From Pedosphaera sp. (lineage in GTDB: Bacteria > Verrucomicrobiota > Verrucomicrobiia > Limisphaerales > SIBH01), in NCBI GenBank assembly GCA_031414955.1, contig JANOQV010000132.1, forward strand, positions 1 through 56,948: DNA of 56,948 nucleotides, written 5' to 3'. A program made the translations under genes and the position numbers. Below, in pieces: positions 1 through 8,233 of the stretch; the stretch's first letter is position 1; each line of letters opens with the position of its first letter. A model generated the notes under the pieces. The model saw nothing but the letters and a program-made list of their open reading frames with translations, was not told the DNA's origin and did not search any database.

Positions 1-139
1 GGGCCGGGGCTTGGGCGCGGGACTGGGTTGACTTGGGGGCGATGCTTTTTTCATGTGACGACACGACAGCCATGTTCTTGTTTTTGCCGGTCGAGGAACC
101 GTGACCACCTCACTTTAAGAACAGTGTCAAGATGCACCC
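1..139 (-). mobile_element. Probable end of an insertion sequence (terminal repeat GGGTGCATCTTGACAC..., possible transposase start running off the window)
   Basis: Minus strand from 139 reads GGGTGCATCTTGACACTGTT, containing a perfect TTGACA, then an ATG at 54 opening MKKASPPSQPSPAPKPRP to the window edge. The plus-strand translation of 1-139 looks non-protein-like, and propeller-like sequence starts abruptly after it. The other end is not visible. Confidence 0.4.
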
Positions 140-3100
140 GCAGTTGTAATGGCGATAGCATCACCGCTGCCCCTGTGGTTCAGTTGTGGAACCTCTCGAA
201 CACCAACTTTCAGGCGGCGCGGAACGGAGATATCGTGATGGTCGGAACTCATTACGGATGCGGCACCACCACTGCCAATCGAGTTTATGGCCTTGATGCG
301 GCCACGGGTGCGGTCCTCTGGATGTTCAATGCCACTGGCAGTCAGCAGCTCGACGCGGTGTACGGCCTGGCCGTGGATTACGCGCGAAATACAGTTTACG
401 TGACGTCTTTCAAGTCTGGCGTTGCGTCGCAAAGCACGGTGTGGGCGCTGAATACCATCACCGGTGCCAAGCGTTGGTCTGTTGATATAGGTGCAGTTGT
501 TACGGAGCCAGTCTTGGACAATGGCGGGGTTTACGTGGCCACCCGATCCGGCACACTCTACAAGCTCGATCCGGCCACAGGCGGCACGATTTGGTCCCGC
601 TCTGTCACCAGCACGGAGTTGATCACCACCAGTCTGGTTGTGGACGCGGCGTTCGGTGCCGTGTATGTCGTGGATTCCGGCGGGACTCTGTATGCCTACC
701 AGGACGCGTGTTCGAGCAGTTCTGCGTTATGGGATTTCAAGCCCGACCTCAAAGGCATCCCGGCCAAAGTGACCGCACCCCCTGCGCTTCTTAACCACGA
801 ACGCGAGCTCTATGTCGGTTCAGACGACGGGAAAGTCTGGCAGATAAGTCGCACTGACGGAGTGGCGATGGCCCACGCCACGGTCGCTGCCACCAACGCA
901 CCGTCCTATGAACCCATCGTGTTCCGGGAGTATACACCCGGCGGCTACCGGCTTTTAGCCGGTTCCGGAGGCGTCGTGAGCAAGATCTGCATTCCCTGGC
1001 CGGCCGGTCCCGGAGACAGGGGAATCCTGCCGATTCCTACCTGCGTGGACCTGGGAGCGCCGGACGAGGGGCTCGCGATCAATGGCAATCTTGGCTCCGT
1101 AACTTCCCTCCCTGGTCAAAGCGTCACGCGGAATATGACCATCGGCAACGTGACATGCTACCCCTTCCAGTGCGCCTCGCTGCTCGGCAACCTGCCGTCC
1201 AGCCTCGGTGTGTCCGCCTTGAGCAGTACCAACGGCACGACCGCGTGGGACACTAACAGTTTCCTCGTCGATGTGACCGCCGGATTGCCTATGCATTTCT
1301 CCCTCACCTGCACCTCTTCCATTCCCGGCACCTACCTGACCACGGTCACGTTGGCGAACGCGGGCACCGTCCACGCCACGGTGACACTGACCAACATTGT
1401 CCTCCCCACTTCGATCGTTGTCACCAGCACGGAGGACAGCGGGCCGGGTTCGTTGCGGCAGGCGATTCTGGATGCGGCGGCGGGAGACACGATTGAACTC
1501 GGCGTCACCGGGAGCATTCATCTGAGCGGGCCCCTGAATGTGGACAAGCCGTTGAACATCCGTGGTTCGGTCGCCGCTGCGGCTGCAGTTCACGCCAAGT
1601 CCAAGGGCAGTGCGTCGCTGGCTCCCGAGAACCTGGTGATCAGCGGGGATAACGATCATCGCATCTTCAACATCACGGCGGGACCGACGACGCTCTCGGG
1701 GCTGACGCTGATTGAGGCGTCGAGTTTTTCCGAGGCCCAGCCGGACGGCGGGGCGATCCGCAACACGGCGCAACTCACCTTGAGCGCCTGCGAATTCACG
1801 AACAACACGGCCTTCGGCTCCGGCGGCGCGGTGATGAACGCGGGTGGCACGGCGGAACTGGTGGTCAACGATTGCACCTTCGCGGGAAACTCGGCGTTCA
1901 ACTACTTCGACTATATCGGCGATGGCGGCGCGATCGCGAATCAAGGTTTTCTGCATGTGACCAACTCGACGTTTTCGGGCAACACCGCCGTGATGCATGG
2001 GGGTGCTGTGGCCAGCAGCCGCTTTGCCGAGGCAGCCAGCAGCACGATTTCAGGCAATACGGCCAATTACGGGTTTGGTGGTGGGATTTTCAACGGTGGT
2101 GGCTATCTGGCACTCCAGAACTCAATCGTCGCGCACAGCTTCACGTTTTATTACGACAGTCAGGATGTGGGCGGCGTCATCACGAGCGGCGATTACAATC
2201 TGATTCAAAATACGAACGGCCTGGTGGTGCCGGGCACGAACAACCTCCTGGGGATTGATCCGGTGCTCGGACCCTTGGCCGACAACGGCGGGGCGACACA
2301 CACGCACGGGCTGGCCAGCATCAGTCCGGCGCTCGATGCGGGCGATGGCGCGACTTGCCCGGCTGCGGACCAGCGCGGCATCGCCCGGCCAGAGGGCGCG
2401 GGCTGCGACATCGGCGCATTCGAGGGCGCGCTGCCGGAGAACCATCCGCCGGTGGTGGCGAATCCGATTGCCACGCTGACCGGAGTGTTCGGGGATAATC
2501 TGGACTATCAGTTGCCGGCGGACACGTTCAGTGATCCCGATGCCGGGCGGACGCTGACGTATTCGATGGAGGGCAGCTTCATTGCCTACCTCACTCCGGA
2601 GACGCGCACCATCCACATCTCCTCCATGCCAGTGGGGACAAATCTCTTCACCGTAACCGCCACGGACGATGGCGTGCCACCGTTGAGCACGAATGTGGTC
2701 ATCGAACTCGTCGTTTTGAAAAGGCCCGTCACCGCGAGGGCGAACGACGTGGCCCGCCCGTCCGGTGAAGCGAATCCGCCGCTCTCGATCACTTATTTCG
2801 GACTGGTCAGCGATCCTGCCTACCTTGTCAATCCGCCGGTCGCGTCCACGATTGCGGTGGCCGCCAGCCCGCCTGGCACGTATCCCATCGTCTTGAGTGG
2901 CGGGTCGGACGACAATTACGAGTTCATCGGACTGACCAACGGCACACTGACGGTGATGGATTTTTCCGTGGATTACCGGCTGGTGCGTTCCTTCGGATTC
3001 ACCAACCAGATGGGCGTCAGGCCCAGAGCGAAAGTCATCGAAGGTTCAGATGGAGTGCTCTACGGCACGACTCCCGAGACGATCTATCGCGTGAACCGGG

Positions 3101-6100
3101 ACGGGAGCGGTTATGCAGTGTTGAGCACGAGCGGATCGAAGTCGCCGTTGCTGGAAGGCAGCGATGGCGTGTTGTATGGCACGGCGGACGCAGATGCCGG
3201 AGCGGGGCTGGGAATTGTCTTCCAACTCAACCGCGATGGCAGCGGGTATTCGGTGCTGCACAACTTCACGGGCGGCGCGGCGGATGGTTCGTCGCCGAGC
3301 GCGGCGCTGATCGAGGGAACGAACGGAATGTTATACGGCAATACCCAGTTCGGCGGCGTCAATGATCGCGGCACCTTGTTCAAGCTGAACAAGGACGGCA
3401 CGGGCTACACGAACTTCCACCACTTCAGCACGTTTGGCCGCTACCCAACGACGCCGATCATTCAGGGCAACGATGGCATGCTTTACGGCGCGACGAGAAT
3501 CGGTGGGCCGTCCTTCGGCGGCACGGTGTTCACGATCAACGAGGACGGAACCGGGTTCGCTGTCCTGCGCGCATTCGGGTTGGTAAGCGCCAGCCCCATG
3601 TCACCCCAGGACGTGATGGAAGGCGGCGATGGCGCGCTCTACGCCACGACGCTGCTGGACGGCGACGCGGGTTTTGGAACGATCTTCAAGCTGAACAAAG
3701 ACGGTTCGGGCTACACAAACCTGCACTCGTTCGCAGCGACGTTGGATGGAAAATCACCTCGGGGTGGCCTGGTCGAAGCCAGCGACGGAATGATCTATGG
3801 CACGACGCAATGGGGTTCCACCACCGCCTCGTCCTCGTTTTTCTCCGGATTCGGCACCCTGTTTCGGGTGAACAAGGACGGCACGGGTTACGGCATCGTT
3901 CTCGACCTCGGTGCAGCGGGCTTCGGCCCCGTGGGGGCCATTGAAGCCAGTGACGGGAAGCTTTACGGAGTTTGCAACAGTGGCGGCGACGCCCAGCAAG
4001 GCACGGTGTTTCAGGTGAACAAGGATGGCACGGGAGCAGTGGTGCGTTGGACTTTCAACCAGACGGGCGGAGATGGACGCGCTCCCAGCGCCGCGTTGAT
4101 CGAAGGCAGTGATGGCAAACTCTACGGGGTCACGGAATATGGCGGCGCGGGTGGCTCTCCGAGCTTCGGTCCGGTGGGCGCGGTTTTCAGCGTCAACAAG
4201 GACGGCAGCAGTCCCACGGTGCTTCATTCGTTCACGAACGGCGAGGCGGACGCGATATATCCCAGGGTGCCGCTCATCGAGGGCAGCGACGGAATCCTGT
4301 ATGGAATGGCGGACAACAAGCTCTACCGATTGAACCGCGATGGCACCGGCTATACGAACCTGCATGCCTTTACATACGCTGAAGGTGATGGGCTGACTTC
4401 GTTGACCGAAGGCGCGGACGGCACGCTCTACGGCACTGCGGCGTTTGGCGGCAGTTCGTTCGGCGGAACGTTGTTCAAGCTCAACAAGGACGGGAGTGGA
4501 TTCGTCGTGCTCCAATACTTCGACAGCTTCGACAGTTCATCCGGCACCGCCCCGCAGCACGTTTTCCGAACCAGTGGCGGCCAGCTTTACGGCATCCTTT
4601 TCTCCGGCGGCGATTATTCTGGCGGCGCGGTGTTCCGGGTGAATGACGATGGCTCGGCCTACACCAATCTTCATGTCTTTGGCGAATTTCTGGGGTCCGG
4701 CGGCGGACCCGTTGGCCGAATGATCGAAGGCAGCGATGGCCGGCTCTACGGGACTGTCGGCGGCGGTGTCTTTGGGTTGAACAAAGACGGCTCAAACTAT
4801 GGCGTCTTGTGCAATCTTCCGCCTCAAGATCAAATCAATCCCTACGGCGTCACCGAGGGCAGCGACGGTTACCTCTACGGTTTTGGTGCAGGCTACGATC
4901 CTTATCCTTCGCCCACCCTCCTTGGGAGCATCTATCGTCTGAAAAAGGACGGCACCGAATATTGCGTGCTGCACCGGTTCAGCGCGGCATCTGGCGACCA
5001 CAGCTTTCCCGTGAGCTGGCCGTTTCAGGCGAGCGATGGGGCGTTTTACGGCGCGGCCCAGCGGGGTGGCGCGGATGAGTTCGGTGCGATCTTCCGCTTC
5101 GCGATTCAGCCGGTGCTTTTGAACCAGCCGCCCACGCTGGACATCGCGATTCCCGACCAGTTGGGAAGCTACGGTTCCGCTGACAACTTCACCTTCGCCG
5201 TGAACACGTTCAGCGATCCTGATGCAGGCCAGACCTTGAGCTACACCGCCAGTGGATTTCCGCCCGGCGTGGTGTTCGATGGGCCATCGCGCACCTTGAG
5301 CGGAACGCCGACCAACGTCGGACTCTACGCCGTGACCGTTACGGCGACGGATGATGGCACGCCGGCCTTGAGCACGAACGCGGCGTTCAACTTTCTGATT
5401 GCTCCGGCGTTGCTCACGGCCACGGCCGACAACGCCAGTCGCTTCTACGGCGTGGCCAATCCGACCTTCACAGGAACGCTCACGGGCGTGACCAATGGAG
5501 ACAACATCACCTTCTCGTTCAGCACCACGGCGACACCGGACAGTCCGGCGGGCGATTATCCCATCACGCCCGAATTGCAGGATCCTGACTTCAGGCTCGG
5601 CAATTACACCGTGAGCACCAACCTCGGTGTGCTGACCGTGCTGTGCCCCACGAACCTCGTCGTCGTCACCACCAACGACAGCGGGCCCGGTTCTTTGCGC
5701 GAAGCCATCACGCTGGCGAACCTGAGTTGCGCCCCCGGCCCGGTGCTGATCAGCTTCGACATATCCGGCGCGGGTGTGCAGAGCATGGCGCCACTGACGC
5801 CGCTGCCCGCCATCACGCACGCGGTCACGATTGACGGCTACACGCAACCGGGTGCCAGTCCGAACACGCTGGCCGTTGCGGACAACGCCGTGCTGCTCAT
5901 TGAACTGAACGGTGCCAATCTCACTGGCGTGTCGGCCATCGGTCTCTACATCCAAGCCGGCGACTGCACCGTGCGCGGGTTGGTCATTAACCGTTTCACC
6001 GAATACGAGGCGGGAATTCTGGTGCAGTTCTCCGACAACAATGTGATCGAAGGCAACTTCATCGGCACCGATGCCACGGGCACCAACGTGCTGGGGAATG

Positions 6101-8136
6101 GAACCGGGATCGCGATTTACTCCAGCACGGGCAACCGGATCGGCGGACTGGCTCCATCCTCTCGCAACATCATCGGCGGCAGCTATTCGTCGGGCATCTC
6201 TCTGGCCTATGTCTGCACGAGTAACCAGGTCTTCGGTAATTACATTGGTCTGGGAGCGGATGGATTGACCGTCATCACGAACAGCCACGGCATTGGCGTG
6301 ATCGAGGCCCACAATCAAATCGGCGGGTCTGCTCCTGGCGCTCGTAACATCATCTCCGGCAATCAGGTTGGTTGCTCGATTGGCGGAGGCACCGTGATCC
6401 AAGGCAACTTCATCGGGACCGATGCATTCGGCACTCTGCCCCGAGGCAATCGCTACGGAATCCATATCCCCGAATCACGCAACAATCTCATCGGTGGGAC
6501 AGTCATCGGAGAGGGGAATTTGATCTCGGGGAACGAATCGGGCGTGGTAATCCAAGGGGACATCGCGACCAACAACGTTGTGGCCGGCAATCTCATCGGC
6601 ACGGATGTCACTGGTACCAACGTGCTGGGCAATGGCACCGGGATTGCGTTTTCGGGAACGACCGGAAACCGGATCGGCGGGCTGACTCCTGAGTCGCGCA
6701 ACATCATCTCGGGCAACTCGTATGGCATTAACCTGACGGGGGCCGTGGGCGACGAAATCGTCGGCAACTACATCGGTGTGGGAGCTGACGGCGTGACCTC
6801 GTTGCCGAACGTCTTCACCGGTTTCTACATTCATATCAGTTCCCAAGTTCACGTCGGCGGCTCGGCGCCCGGTGCGGGTAACGTGATCGCCGGCAGCGGC
6901 AGCGGTGTCTATTTTATCGGCGGCGCGAGCAACGTCGTCCAGGGCAACTTCATCGGCACGGATGCTTCCGGAACTCTGTCTCGCGCCAATGGGTCTGGGA
7001 TTCATGTGAGCGAATCCAGCCACAACCTCATTGGGGGCACTGCCGCGGGGGCGGGGAATCTTCTCTCTGGGAATTCCAGTGCGGGCTTGAGCATTGGCGG
7101 TGTAGTTGCGAACACCAACGTCGTGCTCGGCAATCTCATCGGCACCGATGTCACCGGCACGAACGCGCTGGGCAATGGGGACTACGGGGTCTTTATTGGC
7201 GGCACTTTGGGCAACGTCATTGGCGGCCCGACGCCCGGCGCGGGCAATGTGATTTCCGGCAACGGTCTCCAAGGCATCGCCATCTACTACGGCGGCGCGG
7301 GCAATGTCATCCAAGGCAACTTCATCGGCACCGACGCGACTGGCACGATGGCCGTGAGCAATCGGGTCGCGGGCATTCTCATCGTAGGATCGCCCGGCAA
7401 CACCATCGGCGGCACGACGCCCGGCGCGGGCAACGTCATTGCCTTCAGTCCATATTCCGGCGTGGGCATCAATGAAGCCGGGGCCACCAACAACACCGTT
7501 CTCGGCAACTGCATCTTTGCCAACGGCACCGTCGGCATCGATCTGGCCACAGACTTTGGCGGTGTGACACCAAACGATTCAGGCGACGGCGACGATGGCG
7601 CCAATCACTTCCAGAACTTCCCGGAAATCATCCGTGCCCTCGTCGGCGGTGGCGCGATGCAACTCAGGTATCGTGTGGAATCGACAGCCGCCGCCTCGGC
7701 CTATCCGATGACCATCGAGTTCTTCATCGCCGATCCGAACGGCTCAGGCCGCACGTTGATTCACCGTGCAACGTACGCGACACCTCAGGAAACAAATGCC
7801 ATCACCTTCACGCCGCTCGTGCTGCTCTCATTAACCAACCGCCTCGTCGCCACCGCCACGGACGCGAACGGGAACACCTCGGAGTTCTCGGCGGAGGCCG
7901 CCGTGACGGTGTTGAGCGACGTGGCCTTGAGCATCGCCGGTGCGGGTGGCTCTCAGACCCTCTCGTGGCCGACCGAGGCGCTGGGATACGTGCTGGAATG
8001 CACCGACAACCTGGCCCCGCCCCCCTCGTGGCAAACCGTGACCAACGGCATCACCGACAACGGCACGCTCAAATCCTATTCCGTGACGAACGACCTCAGC
8101 GCGACGAATCGCTTCTACCGGTTGCGCTGGGAGTGA
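28..8136 (+). CDS. Giant multidomain surface protein (PQQ-like propeller, choice-of-anchor Q-like/beta-helix, He_PIG and MBG Ig-like domains, Gloeo_Verruco-type repeats, beta-helix repeats, C-terminal FYRL module); 5' end uncertain or interrupted
   Basis: 2702-aa ORF. Motifs: LDAATGAVLW (PQQ-like); VTSTEDSGPGSLRQAI; LGPLADNGG..TH...SPALDAG..DQRG..R...CDIGAFE; DTFSDPDAG.TLTY; ~13 LIEGSDG.LYG...GG...G..F.LNKDG.GY repeats; N.IQGNFIGTD repeats; ends NRFYRLRWE. No signal peptide, and the frame is open to the window edge. Confidence 0.85.
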   Translation: MTWGRCFFHVTTRQPCSCFCRSRNRDHLTLRTVSRCTRSCNGDSITAAPVVQLWNLSNTNFQAARNGDIVMVGTHYGCGTTTANRVYGLDAATGAVLWMFNATGSQQLDAVYGLAVDYARNTVYVTSFKSGVASQSTVWALNTITGAKRWSVDIGAVVTEPVLDNGGVYVATRSGTLYKLDPATGGTIWSRSVTSTELITTSLVVDAAFGAVYVVDSGGTLYAYQDACSSSSALWDFKPDLKGIPAKVTAPPALLNHERELYVGSDDGKVWQISRTDGVAMAHATVAATNAPSYEPIVFREYTPGGYRLLAGSGGVVSKICIPWPAGPGDRGILPIPTCVDLGAPDEGLAINGNLGSVTSLPGQSVTRNMTIGNVTCYPFQCASLLGNLPSSLGVSALSSTNGTTAWDTNSFLVDVTAGLPMHFSLTCTSSIPGTYLTTVTLANAGTVHATVTLTNIVLPTSIVVTSTEDSGPGSLRQAILDAAAGDTIELGVTGSIHLSGPLNVDKPLNIRGSVAAAAAVHAKSKGSASLAPENLVISGDNDHRIFNITAGPTTLSGLTLIEASSFSEAQPDGGAIRNTAQLTLSACEFTNNTAFGSGGAVMNAGGTAELVVNDCTFAGNSAFNYFDYIGDGGAIANQGFLHVTNSTFSGNTAVMHGGAVASSRFAEAASSTISGNTANYGFGGGIFNGGGYLALQNSIVAHSFTFYYDSQDVGGVITSGDYNLIQNTNGLVVPGTNNLLGIDPVLGPLADNGGATHTHGLASISPALDAGDGATCPAADQRGIARPEGAGCDIGAFEGALPENHPPVVANPIATLTGVFGDNLDYQLPADTFSDPDAGRTLTYSMEGSFIAYLTPETRTIHISSMPVGTNLFTVTATDDGVPPLSTNVVIELVVLKRPVTARANDVARPSGEANPPLSITYFGLVSDPAYLVNPPVASTIAVAASPPGTYPIVLSGGSDDNYEFIGLTNGTLTVMDFSVDYRLVRSFGFTNQMGVRPRAKVIEGSDGVLYGTTPETIYRVNRDGSGYAVLSTSGSKSPLLEGSDGVLYGTADADAGAGLGIVFQLNRDGSGYSVLHNFTGGAADGSSPSAALIEGTNGMLYGNTQFGGVNDRGTLFKLNKDGTGYTNFHHFSTFGRYPTTPIIQGNDGMLYGATRIGGPSFGGTVFTINEDGTGFAVLRAFGLVSASPMSPQDVMEGGDGALYATTLLDGDAGFGTIFKLNKDGSGYTNLHSFAATLDGKSPRGGLVEASDGMIYGTTQWGSTTASSSFFSGFGTLFRVNKDGTGYGIVLDLGAAGFGPVGAIEASDGKLYGVCNSGGDAQQGTVFQVNKDGTGAVVRWTFNQTGGDGRAPSAALIEGSDGKLYGVTEYGGAGGSPSFGPVGAVFSVNKDGSSPTVLHSFTNGEADAIYPRVPLIEGSDGILYGMADNKLYRLNRDGTGYTNLHAFTYAEGDGLTSLTEGADGTLYGTAAFGGSSFGGTLFKLNKDGSGFVVLQYFDSFDSSSGTAPQHVFRTSGGQLYGILFSGGDYSGGAVFRVNDDGSAYTNLHVFGEFLGSGGGPVGRMIEGSDGRLYGTVGGGVFGLNKDGSNYGVLCNLPPQDQINPYGVTEGSDGYLYGFGAGYDPYPSPTLLGSIYRLKKDGTEYCVLHRFSAASGDHSFPVSWPFQASDGAFYGAAQRGGADEFGAIFRFAIQPVLLNQPPTLDIAIPDQLGSYGSADNFTFAVNTFSDPDAGQTLSYTASGFPPGVVFDGPSRTLSGTPTNVGLYAVTVTATDDGTPALSTNAAFNFLIAPALLTATADNASRFYGVANPTFTGTLTGVTNGDNITFSFSTTATPDSPAGDYPITPELQDPDFRLGNYTVSTNLGVLTVLCPTNLVVVTTNDSGPGSLREAITLANLSCAPGPVLISFDISGAGVQSMAPLTPLPAITHAVTIDGYTQPGASPNTLAVADNAVLLIELNGANLTGVSAIGLYIQAGDCTVRGLVINRFTEYEAGILVQFSDNNVIEGNFIGTDATGTNVLGNGTGIAIYSSTGNRIGGLAPSSRNIIGGSYSSGISLAYVCTSNQVFGNYIGLGADGLTVITNSHGIGVIEAHNQIGGSAPGARNIISGNQVGCSIGGGTVIQGNFIGTDAFGTLPRGNRYGIHIPESRNNLIGGTVIGEGNLISGNESGVVIQGDIATNNVVAGNLIGTDVTGTNVLGNGTGIAFSGTTGNRIGGLTPESRNIISGNSYGINLTGAVGDEIVGNYIGVGADGVTSLPNVFTGFYIHISSQVHVGGSAPGAGNVIAGSGSGVYFIGGASNVVQGNFIGTDASGTLSRANGSGIHVSESSHNLIGGTAAGAGNLLSGNSSAGLSIGGVVANTNVVLGNLIGTDVTGTNALGNGDYGVFIGGTLGNVIGGPTPGAGNVISGNGLQGIAIYYGGAGNVIQGNFIGTDATGTMAVSNRVAGILIVGSPGNTIGGTTPGAGNVIAFSPYSGVGINEAGATNNTVLGNCIFANGTVGIDLATDFGGVTPNDSGDGDDGANHFQNFPEIIRALVGGGAMQLRYRVESTAAASAYPMTIEFFIADPNGSGRTLIHRATYATPQETNAITFTPLVLLSLTNRLVATATDANGNTSEFSAEAAVTVLSDVALSIAGAGGSQTLSWPTEALGYVLECTDNLAPPPSWQTVTNGITDNGTLKSYSVTNDLSATNRFYRLRWE

Positions 8137-8233
8137 CAGGTGGACGGTCGTTCTTAGCCGGAAAGTTCCAGTTGGTTCTGTTCCGTGGAACGCGGCATGG
8201 CTTTTTGGGCCGGCACTATTAACATCGGCGCCG

